Of a stretch of 64,000 bases of DNA, positions 28,604 through 38,310 are shown piece by piece. A model generated the notes under the pieces. That model was not told the DNA's origin. It did no database searches and saw only the letters and a program-made list of their open reading frames with translations. The position numbers and the translations under genes were made by a program. The first letter of the stretch is position 1. The number at the start of each line of letters is the position of its first letter. Origin of the DNA: an uncultured Chloroflexia bacterium (lineage in GTDB: Bacteria > Chloroflexota > Limnocylindria > Limnocylindrales > CSP1-4); NCBI GenBank assembly GCA_963752475.1, contig CAVVYR010000019.1, forward strand, positions 32,001-96,000. The letters run 5' to 3'.

Positions 28604-30040
28604 GTGCCCAACGAAACCCAGTCCTACGACGTCGTCGTCCTTGGCGGCGGCACCGGCGGCTACGGCGCCGCGTTCCGTGCCGGCCAGCTCGGCCTCAAGG
28701 TCGCCCTGGTCGATGACAACCCAGCAGGTCTCGGCGGCACGTGCCTCCATATCGGCTGCATCCCGACCAAGGCCATGCTGGCCTCGGCCGACCTGCTCGA
28801 CCATATGAAGCACTCCTCGGACTTCGGCATCACGGTCGACGGGGCGACGGCCGATCATGCGGCCATCGCAGCGCGCCGCGACAAGATCGTCGAGCGGCTG
28901 GTGAAGGGCGTGACCAGCCTGGCCAAGAAGAACAAGGTCGAGTACATCGTGGGCCGTGGCAAGCTCGAGGGCCCACAGCAGATCCGCGTCCAGACGAAGG
29001 ATGCCGAGGGCAAGTCCAGCGGCGAGGTCATCCTCAAGGCCAAGGACGTCGTGCTCGCGACCGGTTCACGCGTGAAGTCGCTGCCGGGGCTGGAGCCCGA
29101 TGGGAAGCGCATCGTGACCTCGGACGACGTACTGCGATCGTCCGAGGTGCCTGGCTCGATCATCGTCGTCGGTGCCGGCGCGGTGGGCGTGGAGTTCGCC
29201 TCCTACTATCAAGACATGGGTGCCGAGGTGACCGTCCTCGAGTACTTCCCGGCGGTCGTGCCGCTGGAGGATGCCGAGGTCTCCAAGGAGATGGAGCGGG
29301 CCTTCAAGAAGCGCGGTATCAAGGTCATCACCTCCGCGCGCTTCGACCCGTCGGCGGTCAAGGTCGACGACTCGGGCGTGTCCGTGATGGTCGGCCCCGA
29401 GGGCGGCGAGGCTTCCGAGGTCCGTGCCGAGCAGATGCTGGTGGCCACCGGTCGCGCTGCCAACGTCGAGGGCGTGGGCCTGGAGACGACGCGGGCCGTG
29501 GTCACCGACCGCGGGGTCGTCGAGACCGATGAGCAGATGCGCACGGCCGACCCGCACCTCTACGCCGTGGGTGACGTCGCCGGGGGCTTGTGGCTGGCGC
29601 ACGTGGCCACGCACGAGGGCATCATCGCCGCGCACGCCATCGCCGACGAGGAGACCGAGGCGATCGACTACGTGAAGATGCCGCGGGCCACGTACTCGCG
29701 GCCGCAGGTGGCTTCGATCGGCCTGACCACGCAGCAGTGCGAGGAGCGGGGCATCAAGACCAAGGTCGGCAAGATGCCCATGATGGCCGTGGGCAAGGCC
29801 ATCATCGATGGCGACACGACCGGCTTCGTCAAGGTCATCGCCGATGCTGAGACCGACGAGGTCCTGGGCGTGCACATGATCGGCCACCACGTGACCGAGC
29901 TCATCGCCGAGTCCTCGACCGCGATGCTCCTCGAGGCCACGGCCTGGGAGATCGGCGGTGCCGTCCATCCGCATCCGACGCTCTCGGAGGCCATGGGCGA
30001 GGCGGCCATGCTCGTCGACGGCAAGTCCATCAACTTCTAG
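28604..30040 (+). CDS. lpdA: Dihydrolipoyl dehydrogenase (E3)
   Basis: GGGTGGY, GGTCLHIGCIPTK, GAGAVGVE, HPHPTLSE. Confidence 0.97.
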   Translation: MPNETQSYDVVVLGGGTGGYGAAFRAGQLGLKVALVDDNPAGLGGTCLHIGCIPTKAMLASADLLDHMKHSSDFGITVDGATADHAAIAARRDKIVERLVKGVTSLAKKNKVEYIVGRGKLEGPQQIRVQTKDAEGKSSGEVILKAKDVVLATGSRVKSLPGLEPDGKRIVTSDDVLRSSEVPGSIIVVGAGAVGVEFASYYQDMGAEVTVLEYFPAVVPLEDAEVSKEMERAFKKRGIKVITSARFDPSAVKVDDSGVSVMVGPEGGEASEVRAEQMLVATGRAANVEGVGLETTRAVVTDRGVVETDEQMRTADPHLYAVGDVAGGLWLAHVATHEGIIAAHAIADEETEAIDYVKMPRATYSRPQVASIGLTTQQCEERGIKTKVGKMPMMAVGKAIIDGDTTGFVKVIADAETDEVLGVHMIGHHVTELIAESSTAMLLEATAWEIGGAVHPHPTLSEAMGEAAMLVDGKSINF

Positions 30041-30188
30041 GGAAACCGGGCACCGCTGAGGCACCTGCACCAGCTGCGCACGTGGTGCCTGACGTCGGGT
30101 GCCGGCTCTGTGCCCGAGCTGCCCAGCCGCCCTGGCGTCTGGCCCCTGGTGCCTGACACCGGCGCTGCCTCACACCGGGCGCTGCCAC

Positions 30189-30305
30189 GATACCCAGGTT
30201 GGTGGCCAGAAGTGGTCGTCTGTTACCTGGGGTCGCCGTAGGCCCGAAAGGAGGCCGTTCAGCCGCCACGGACGCGTCGGCCTATGCCCCCTGGGTGCCT
30301 GAACG
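30189..30305. repeat. Two inverted repeats downstream of the HTH-nuclease gene
   Basis: CCCAGGT-N25-ACCTGGG (30193-30231) and CGTTCAG...CTGAACG (30256-30305). Confidence 0.5.
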
Positions 30306-30313
30306 AACGTGTG

Positions 30314-31045
30314 CTACCGAGGTTCCACGGCTCGGCGGACGCGCCTGACAGACCCTGTTGTGGGCCGAAGGCCGCCTGAGGTGACATTCGACCAGAAAGA
30401 CAGCGCCGACACGGTACCGTGCGGAGCCCGGAGCCAGCCGCGCATCTTTCGGCCATCGTGAGGGAACGCGCGGCGCAGGATCCGTTCATGTAGATACAGC
30501 CGGCGGCGCTCTGCCCGACTCTTGCGAACGACGACCCAGGAGTTGATGGTGGCCGGATCCCAGCCCTGCTCATGGGCGATCACGCTGCCGAGTCGAGCGC
30601 GCCGATGCATCACGGCGACGAGCCCCTGCGGGTCCACCAACTCCGTCTTCAACTCGATGATGAGCAGGCTCCGGGTCTCGGGATGCCACGCGAGGATATC
30701 GATGACGCCGCGCTCTCCATACTGAGAGAACGTCACCTCTGGCAGCCAGATCCAGCCGTCGAGCCCATCTAGGAATGTCCCGAGCTCGCGATGCAGGTCG
30801 GCGTGGGCAGCGTTGACGATGCGGTCGAGCTCGGCACCTCGATAGCGGAGGTTCATGTCGATCCGGGCGCCGAGGGCGTTCGAGATGGATCGGACCGTAT
30901 CGAGTGGGTAGCGACCGGCCGCCCCGGCCTCGACTCGACCGATCAGCTGGCGTGAAACGCCGGCGCGGCGGGCGACGTCGGATTGGCGAAGGTGCTTGCG
31001 GATGCGCAGCACGCGGAGCGTGTTGCCGAGGCGGATGTCGTCCAT
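30314..31045 (-). CDS. XRE-family HTH fused to a PD-(D/E)XK-like nuclease domain
   Basis: LRQSDVARRAGVSRQLIGRVEAG HTH; PEVTF...IDILAW...LIIELKTE; CACGCT 6 nt before the ATG at 31045. Confidence 0.75.
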   Translation of the reverse strand: MDDIRLGNTLRVLRIRKHLRQSDVARRAGVSRQLIGRVEAGAAGRYPLDTVRSISNALGARIDMNLRYRGAELDRIVNAAHADLHRELGTFLDGLDGWIWLPEVTFSQYGERGVIDILAWHPETRSLLIIELKTELVDPQGLVAVMHRRARLGSVIAHEQGWDPATINSWVVVRKSRAERRRLYLHERILRRAFPHDGRKMRGWLRAPHGTVSALSFWSNVTSGGLRPTTGSVRRVRRAVEPR

Positions 31046-31165
31046 GACCTGAGCGTGACCGGGGTCACTTCGCTGGGACTGCGTGGACGCTTCGCTAGAA
31101 TGGTCGTCCCAAGCCTTGATGTGCCCCAACGTGACCCAACGAACCTACGTGCCAGGAGTCGACTC

Positions 31166-32709
31166 ATGCCTCAGGTGACCATGCCCCAGCTCGGAGAAGG
31201 AGTAGAGGAGGGCACGATCGGCAAGTGGCTCAAGGCTGTCGGTGATGCCGTCCGGGTCGGTGATCCGCTCGTGGAGGTCGTGACCGACAAGGTCAACGCC
31301 GAGGTCCCCTCGCCGTTCGAGGGCACGCTCACCAAGATCCTCGTGCAGGAGGGCGACACCGTCGGCAACGACGTGCCCATCGCCGAAGTCGACGAGGCCG
31401 GCGCTGCCGCTGTGGCCGACGCACCGGCACCTGCGGCCGAAGCCGACGCTCCGGCACCTGCCGCCCAAGCCGCGCCCGAGCCGGCACCGGCACCAGCACC
31501 GGCGCCAGCAGCACCGGCGGCAGAAGCAGCACCGGCGGCAGCAGCACCAGCGGCAGAAGCAACACCGGCGCCCGCAGCACCAGCGGCAGAAGCAGCACCG
31601 GCGGCAGAAGCAGCACCGGCGCCCGCAGCACGCGGCAGAAGCACCCGGCGCCCGCAGCACCAGCGGCAGAAGCAGCACCGGCGCCAGCAGCAACAGCGCA
31701 GGCCACACCGGCTCCAGCGCCCGCTCCTGCCACTCCGCCCGCACCGACACCCGCCATCCCCAGCAACGTGCGCATGACCCCGTCTGTCCGACGCCTGGCC
31801 CGCGATCTGGGCGTCGACGTCAGCGCCATCTCCGGCTCCGGCATCGGCGGCCGCATCACCCGGGCTGACATCCAGGGAGCCGCAGCCGGTGCCACCAACG
31901 GCTCGGCCCCCGCAGCCCCCGCCGCTCCGGGTACCCCGCCCACGCTGGCTGACACCACTCCGGCGGCCCCCACCGTGAACGCCCTCGTCGACTCCCCGGT
32001 CAAGGACGGCGACTCGCTCAAGCAGCTCTCGCCCATGCGCAAGGCCATCGCCACGCACATGGAGCGCTTCCTCGACGTCCCCGCCGCCTATATCACCATC
32101 GAGGTCGACATGACCCCGGTCGTGCAGACGCGCAACGCCGTCAACGCCGACTACAAGTCGCGTGAAGGCATGAACCTCAGCTACGTGGCCTACATGACCA
32201 AGGCCTGCGTCGAAGCCCTGCGCAGGTTCCCTGACTTCAACGCCCACTGGACCGATGAGGGCCACTGGCGCCGCAAGGCTGTCAACGTCGGCATCGCCGT
32301 AGCGGTCGATGACGGCCTCGTGGTCCCCGTCATCCACAACGCTGAGAGCCTCAGCCTCCACGGCCTCAACGCCGCCATCAACGACCTCGCCTCGCGCGCT
32401 CGGGCCAGCAAGCTCACCCCGCAGGACATCCAGGGCGGCACCTTCACCGTCGACAACACCGGCTGGACCGGCAGCATCCTGACGCTGCCGATCATCAACG
32501 TGCCCGAAGTGGCCATCATCACGATGGAGAAGATCGTGAAGCGGCCGGTCGTGCTCGAGGACCAGGGTGACGCCATCGCCGTGCGTTCGATGATGAACAT
32601 GTGCATCGCCATCGACCACCGCGCCAACGACGGCGCCCAGGCCGGCGCCTTCCTCCAGGAAGTCCAGGGCTGGCTCGAGTCGGTCACCCCCGAAACCCCC
32701 ATCTGGTAG
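31166..32709 (+). CDS. 2-oxoacid dehydrogenase E2 dihydrolipoamide acyltransferase (frameshift in the linker near 31631-31645)
   Basis: Lipoyl domain EVVTDKVNAEVPSP, Ala/Pro linker, E3-binding TPSVRRLA...GSGIGGRITRADI, catalytic DHRANDG. Confidence 0.92.
31415..31750 (+). repeat. Low-complexity Ala/Pro/Glu linker repeats
   Basis: Repeated GCACCGGCGGCAGAAGCA-type units encoding APAAEA. Confidence 0.8.
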
Positions 32710-32712
32710 GAC

Positions 32713-33783
32713 ATGGCCAAGCAACTCCCCATGCTCGACGCCACCGCCGCAGCCGGCGGTGGCTGTCACTCACACGGTTCGCCCGAGCTCTCTCAGCCGC
32801 TGAGCATCGCCATGGGCGGATCGATCGATGCCACCGCCGCTCGCACCGGTCCCGACCGCCAGCGACATCCCGATTGGATCAAGGCCAAGCTGCCCACCGG
32901 CGCCAACTACACCGAGCTCAAGAGCCTCGTGAAGGGCCAGACCCTCAACACCGTCTGTGAGGAGGCCATGTGCCCCAACATCGGTGAGTGCTGGGAGGAG
33001 CGCACGGCCACGGTCATGATCCTCGGCGACACCTGCACCCGCGCCTGCGGCTTCTGCGCCGTCAAGACCGGCCGACCCGAGTGGTTCGATGACGACGAGC
33101 CGCGCCGCGTGGCAGAAGCCGTGGCGGTCATGGGCCTCGAGCACTGCGTCGTCACCAGTGTCTGCCGCGACGATCTGCCCGACGGCGGCGCCAGCGTCTT
33201 CGCCGACACCATCCGCGAGATGCGCATCCACGCTCCCGGCATGGGCGTCGAGGTCCTCATCCCCGACTACCTCGACAGCGACTTGCGCACGGTCATGGAA
33301 GCTGCGCCGGACATCCTCAACCACAACGTGGAGACCGTTGAGCGACTCCAGAAACCGGTCCGCAAGCGTGCCAAGTACGACCGCTCGCTGCAGGTCCTGG
33401 CCGATGCGAAGGCCATGGCTCGCGACATCGCCGCACGCCCCGGGACCGTGCACACCAAGTCGAGCATCATGGTCGGCCTGGGTGAGACACGCGAGGAGCT
33501 GAGCCAGACGTTCCGCGACCTGCGCGACGTCGACTGCGACATCCTCACGCTGGGCCAGTACCTGCGACCGTCGGCCAAGCACCTGCCGGTGGAGCGCTAC
33601 GTCCACCCTGACGAGTTCGAGGAGATGAAGCGGGAGGGCCTCGAGCTCGGCTTCAAGCACGTCGAGTCAGGCCCGCTGGTCCGCTCCAGCTACCACGCTC
33701 GCGACCAGGTGCCCGAGGCGGCCAAGCGGGCCCGAACCTCCCGCGCCGCCGCTCTCGTCGCCAACGGCCTGACCGCCAACTAG
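32713..33783 (+). CDS. lipA: Lipoyl synthase
   Basis: [35 protein letters not shown]. Confidence 0.97.
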   Translation: MAKQLPMLDATAAAGGGCHSHGSPELSQPLSIAMGGSIDATAARTGPDRQRHPDWIKAKLPTGANYTELKSLVKGQTLNTVCEEAMCPNIGECWEERTATVMILGDTCTRACGFCAVKTGRPEWFDDDEPRRVAEAVAVMGLEHCVVTSVCRDDLPDGGASVFADTIREMRIHAPGMGVEVLIPDYLDSDLRTVMEAAPDILNHNVETVERLQKPVRKRAKYDRSLQVLADAKAMARDIAARPGTVHTKSSIMVGLGETREELSQTFRDLRDVDCDILTLGQYLRPSAKHLPVERYVHPDEFEEMKREGLELGFKHVESGPLVRSSYHARDQVPEAAKRARTSRAAALVANGLTAN

Positions 33784-33795
33784 CCGGCAAGCCCG

Positions 33796-34314
33796 ATGCG
33801 CGAGACGGCCGAGGACCTGGCCCGACTGCAGGCGCTCCTCGATCGCAGCTATGAGGCAGCCGGCCCTCATCTGCGCGAGGTCATCACGCCCGAGCGACGC
33901 CTGACGGCCGAGCAGCTGGTGGGGCGCCTCGACGGCATGTGCCTGCTCGCGCTGGCCACGGTCACGTCCGACGGCCGGCCCATCAACGGCCCCGTCGACG
34001 GCTTCTTCTACCGCGGCACGTGGTACTTCGGCAGCAGCCACGAGTCGCTGCGCTTCCGGCACATCCGACAGCGGCCGCAGGTCAGCGCGACCTACCTGCC
34101 GGGCGAGGAGATCAGCGTCACCACCCACGGCCGCGCCATCGAGATCGAGGCGCGCACGCACGATGACGGTGGCTTCGCCGAGGTCGTCGTCGGCTACTAC
34201 GGCGCGCGTTTCGACGGGGCCGAGGCCATGCTCGAGAGCGCAGCCTATGCCCGCATCGAAGCCGAGCGCATGTTCACCTTCCACCTGGACCCAGCCGAGG
34301 CAGCCGAGATCTAG
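33796..34314 (+). CDS. Pyridoxamine 5'-phosphate oxidase-like (split barrel) protein
   Basis: LATVTSDGRP, RFRHIRQRPQVS. Confidence 0.8.
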   Translation: MRETAEDLARLQALLDRSYEAAGPHLREVITPERRLTAEQLVGRLDGMCLLALATVTSDGRPINGPVDGFFYRGTWYFGSSHESLRFRHIRQRPQVSATYLPGEEISVTTHGRAIEIEARTHDDGGFAEVVVGYYGARFDGAEAMLESAAYARIEAERMFTFHLDPAEAAEI

Positions 34315-34427
34315 GCCCTGCGCTTCCGGCCGACAGGCAGCTCCTGCGACCCATGAGGCGGCTGCGGAAGGTCAAGTTTCCCGAGCGTTCGTGACACCCA
34401 GCCACGCGTCGTCTAAGGTCCCGGGTC

Positions 34428-35267
34428 ATGCGTACCGAACGACCGGCGGCGCTCAGCGCCTCGAGCGCCCCCGATGATCGCTTGTGGCTTCGTGCCGTCG
34501 TGGCCGCGGTGGTCCTGCTCCTCGCTGTGTCGGCGGGCCCGGCAGCCGGCGCCTCGCGCGAGGACGACTCCATGCTCGGTGACGGCTCGAGGCCGCACGG
34601 TCGACAGGCGGCCAAGCCTTTCAAGATCAACCTGTTCCAGAAGGGTCACTTCGTAAGCCAGAAGACGACGTTCTGGTGCATCCCGGCCTCCACGCAGATG
34701 ATGATGAACATGATGGACGGCGGTCGACCCGACCGGACACGAGCCCTGCAGGCGCGCCTCTACCGCATCGGTGACCGACTCGAGGAGGACGGCACGGTCA
34801 GCCCTGACCCCGAGCCGGACCGCTGGCGTGGGATGGGCATCTCCGAATGGGCGGGGTTGCTCAACCGACACGACTACGGGCCCTACGAGCTCGTCGGCGC
34901 CAAGTCCTACCAGAAGGCGCTCAAGAAGGCCGCACGCATGATGCGCAAGACCGGCAAGCCGGTTGGCCTGGTGGTGTGGCGTGGTGCCCACGCGTGGGTG
35001 ATGTCCGGCTTCGCTGCTACCGCCGACCCCGCGCTCACGAACGACTTCAACGTCACCGAGGTCTGGGTGCAGGACCCCTGGTACCCGCGCACCAGCTCTG
35101 TCTGGGGCCGATCGCGCGGGCCCAACGCGAAGCTCACCCCGAAGGTCCTGCGCCAGGACTTCAAGCGCTATGGCCGGCCGGGCCGCCGGAACCCCGAGCG
35201 TGACGGCCGCTTCATGCTCGTCCTGCCCAGGCCGGACCGAGCATCGGACGCCGCGGCCCAGCTGTAG
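34428..35267 (+). CDS. Secreted C39-like (papain-fold) peptidase
   Basis: Signal/TM segment; Q-KTTFW-C, GAHAWVMSG and VQDPW give a candidate Cys-His-Asp triad. Confidence 0.65.
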   Translation: MRTERPAALSASSAPDDRLWLRAVVAAVVLLLAVSAGPAAGASREDDSMLGDGSRPHGRQAAKPFKINLFQKGHFVSQKTTFWCIPASTQMMMNMMDGGRPDRTRALQARLYRIGDRLEEDGTVSPDPEPDRWRGMGISEWAGLLNRHDYGPYELVGAKSYQKALKKAARMMRKTGKPVGLVVWRGAHAWVMSGFAATADPALTNDFNVTEVWVQDPWYPRTSSVWGRSRGPNAKLTPKVLRQDFKRYGRPGRRNPERDGRFMLVLPRPDRASDAAAQL

Positions 35268-35277
35268 CTCACCGAGC

Positions 35278-36255
35278 TCAGCTCTGTCTCTGCCTCCCGA
35301 TCCCCAGCTCTTTGAGCGCAGTCCCTGACGCCGGCTCTCCTCGATGCCACCGGATCGCGAGCGCCGTGGCGCCGGCTTCGCCACTCGCCGCCTCGGCGAA
35401 CCTCGTCGCCGGCCAGTGAGCCTTCAGTCGTGAGCGCACACGGTCATCGATGGACGGCGCGTTGAGGAGCACCGAACCACCGAGCACCACCACCGGCGGT
35501 GGCGTGGGACCCGCCGCGGCGATCGCCGTCCCGACGAGATGGCCAGCCGCGGCCTCGACCACCGCACGTGCGACCGCATCGCCCGATTCTGCGCAGCCGA
35601 CGACCAGTGGTGCCAGTCGGCCCAGCGCAGCGGGAGCACCTCCGTAGACCGCGTCGGTCACGGCCGTGGCGACGTCCAGCGTCTCGGCCCCGTCGATGCC
35701 CAGCGCACGGGGAACCTCGTCGAGCAGGGTCGTCGCGGGACCACGCGCATCGATGGCGAGTAGTGCCGCGCGTACGCCCTCGATCCCCAGCCACACGGCC
35801 GAGCCCTCGTCGCCCACGAGCCAGCCTCGCCCACCCGCTCGTCGGACCAGCTCGCCGTCATCCACCAGGGCTGCCACCGCGCCCGTGCCGGCAGCCAGGA
35901 CGAGGCCACACGGTGCGGCCGTGCCCGCCGCGTAGGCTGCGACCACGTCGAGGATGATCCGCGGCTCGACCGGGATCCCGAGATCGTGCCACGCTCGGAT
36001 CACGGCGGCTGCCTGCTCGGGCACGCTCGACACGCCCCCCGCGACGGCGATGACGGCTCCGGCTACCGACGCCGGGTCGCGCGAGCCCAGCGCTTCTGCA
36101 GCAGCCGACGAGATGGCCTGCGCCGGAGACGTCCCGCTCGACCAGACATTGGCGCCGGCGGCCTGACCCCGACCAACGACCTCGCCCGAGGCCGTGGCCA
36201 GGAGTGCACGCGTTCTCGTCCCGCCCGCGTCCAGGCCCATGAAAACCGTTGACAT
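35278..36255 (-). CDS. BadF/BadG/BcrA/BcrD-type N-acetylhexosamine (GlcNAc/MurNAc) kinase
   Basis: GLDAGGTRT, AAGTGA, GWLVGDEGS, LGGSV. Confidence 0.88.
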   Translation of the reverse strand: MSTVFMGLDAGGTRTRALLATASGEVVGRGQAAGANVWSSGTSPAQAISSAAAEALGSRDPASVAGAVIAVAGGVSSVPEQAAAVIRAWHDLGIPVEPRIILDVVAAYAAGTAAPCGLVLAAGTGAVAALVDDGELVRRAGGRGWLVGDEGSAVWLGIEGVRAALLAIDARGPATTLLDEVPRALGIDGAETLDVATAVTDAVYGGAPAALGRLAPLVVGCAESGDAVARAVVEAAAGHLVGTAIAAAGPTPPPVVVLGGSVLLNAPSIDDRVRSRLKAHWPATRFAEAASGEAGATALAIRWHRGEPASGTALKELGIGRQRQS

Positions 36256-36368
36256 CTTGGAAGCCAAGCCTGTAAGTTCCTTTCGTCGATGCCTGATCGT
36301 AGCAGCGGGCTCGCTACCGGGACCGCGAACGTACACGCTGCCGATACACCGCGACGAGGGGACTTGCG

Positions 36369-37280
36369 GTGACGGCGACCCCGCGCCCCGCCGAGCATAT
36401 CGAGCTAGGCGCCAACCCGATGACTGCGCTGCGCTCGATCCTGCCCTCGCTGCCGCCGGCCGAGAAGCGCGTGGCGGAGGGCATCCTGGCCCAGCCTGAG
36501 GACATCGTCTTCCTCAGCATCGGCGACCTGGCCGTGCGCGCCTCCACCTCCGAGGCCACGGTCGTGCGTCTGTGCCAGCGCGCGGGTTTCGCGGGCTATC
36601 CGGAGCTGCGCCTGGCACTGGCCACGCAGGTCGGCCGCAGCGCCGCCACCCGTCCGGCGCGCATCGTGGGCACGGATATCGCTGCCGATGACCCGCTCGC
36701 CGACATCGTGGCCAAGGTCGGCGTGGCCGACGGTGCGGCTATCCATGACACCGTCGAGCAGCTCGACGTCGATGTGCTGGCCCGGGTCACGCAGGGTATC
36801 GCCGATGCCCGTCGGATCGAGATCTTCGGCATCGGCGCCTCCGGCCTCGTGGCCCTCGACCTCGAGCACAAGCTGCGCCGCATCGGGCTGCCGGCAGCGG
36901 CCTCGGTCGACGGTCACCTTGCCCTGACCACCGCGGCCGTGCTCACCGCCGATGACCTCGCCATCGGTATCAGCCACAGCGGCAAGACGCTCGACGTGAT
37001 CGACCCGATCAGCGTGGCTCGTGCGCGCGGTGCCACCACGGTGGCCATCACCAACTTCGCCCGCTCGTCGTTGGCCAGGGCCGCCGACCTGCTGCTCACG
37101 ACCGCGGCTCACGAGTCGCTCTTCCGCGCTGGCGCCATGGCCAGTCGCACCGCCCAGCTGACGGTCATCGACTGCATCTACCTGGCCGTCGCCCAGCGCG
37201 ACTACGAGGAGACCGTACTCGCGCTCGACCGTACCTCCTCGGCCCTGCAGAGCCGCCGCTCCGGGGGAGCCGCTCGATGA
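36369..37280 (+). CDS. murR: MurR/RpiR family regulator
   Basis: SEATVVRLCQRAGFAGYPELR HTH; SIS domain GIGAS and ISHSG; adjacent to murQ. Confidence 0.9.
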   Translation: MTATPRPAEHIELGANPMTALRSILPSLPPAEKRVAEGILAQPEDIVFLSIGDLAVRASTSEATVVRLCQRAGFAGYPELRLALATQVGRSAATRPARIVGTDIAADDPLADIVAKVGVADGAAIHDTVEQLDVDVLARVTQGIADARRIEIFGIGASGLVALDLEHKLRRIGLPAAASVDGHLALTTAAVLTADDLAIGISHSGKTLDVIDPISVARARGATTVAITNFARSSLARAADLLLTTAAHESLFRAGAMASRTAQLTVIDCIYLAVAQRDYEETVLALDRTSSALQSRRSGGAAR

Positions 37281-38239
37281 CGCGAGCCCGGGACGCAGTC
37301 CGCGTCATCAGCCCCACGGAGGGCCGCAACCCCCGCACGCTGGAGATCGACACGCTACCGACCCTCGAGGTCCTGCGGCTGCTCAACGGCGAGGACGCCC
37401 GCGTGGCACCGGCCGTGCGTAAGGCCCTGCCGCAGCTGGCGGTCGCGATCGACGCTGCCGTGGAGCGATACCGGGCCGGCGGCACGATCCACTACTTCGG
37501 TGCTGGGACGTCCGGCCGGCTGGCCACGCTCGATGTCTCCGAGCTGCCACCCACCTTCTCGGCCGATCGGGACCGCACCGTGGCCCACCAGGCCGGTGGC
37601 CCGTATGCGCTGCGGTACTCGGTGGAGGGTGTCGAGGACGACTTCGATGCCGGGAAGCAGGAGGCTGCCGTGGTGACCGCGGCGGACGTGGCCGTGGGTG
37701 TGGCCGCCAGCGGGCGCACGCCGTGGGTGCTGGGAGCCCTGAGCGCGGCGCACGACGCCGGTGCCTACACCATGATGATCAGCTCGGCGCCACGGGGTCC
37801 TGTCACGGACTTCGTCGACGCATACATCCACGTCGACACCGGCCCGGAGGCCATCGCCGGCTCCACGCGCATGAAGGCCGGCACGGCCCAGAAGCTCGTG
37901 CTCAACGGTCTCTCGACGGCCCTGATGATCCGCCTCGGCAAGACCTACTCGAACCTCATGGTCGACGTGGCGCCCAGCAACGCCAAGCTCCGCGGCCGCG
38001 TGTTGGTGATCCTCGAGGAGGCCACCGGCGCCAGCGAGGCGGAGTGCCAGCGAGCGCTCGACGCGGCCGCCGGTGAGACCAAGACCGCCATGGTGTCCCT
38101 TCTCGCGGACACCGACCCATCCACGGCCCGGGCCGCGCTCGGGGCTTCAAACCACCGGGTGCGAGAGGCTCTCGCCGCCCTCGGTGGTTCACCCGACGTA
38201 TCCGTCGCCCCGATCGATGAGGTGCCTATGGAGGGTTGA
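37277..38239 (+). CDS. murQ: N-acetylmuramic acid 6-phosphate etherase
   Basis: TEGRNP, GAGTSGRL, ELPPTF, GPEAIAGSTRMKAGTAQK, NLMVDV...NAKL. Confidence 0.95.
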   Translation: MTRARDAVRVISPTEGRNPRTLEIDTLPTLEVLRLLNGEDARVAPAVRKALPQLAVAIDAAVERYRAGGTIHYFGAGTSGRLATLDVSELPPTFSADRDRTVAHQAGGPYALRYSVEGVEDDFDAGKQEAAVVTAADVAVGVAASGRTPWVLGALSAAHDAGAYTMMISSAPRGPVTDFVDAYIHVDTGPEAIAGSTRMKAGTAQKLVLNGLSTALMIRLGKTYSNLMVDVAPSNAKLRGRVLVILEEATGASEAECQRALDAAAGETKTAMVSLLADTDPSTARAALGASNHRVREALAALGGSPDVSVAPIDEVPMEG

Positions 38240-38310
38240 CCGGCACGATCTGCTAGAGCCTGGGACACCAGCACCCACAAGCCCGACCCCCCAAGTATCC
38301 GAGGAGGAAC

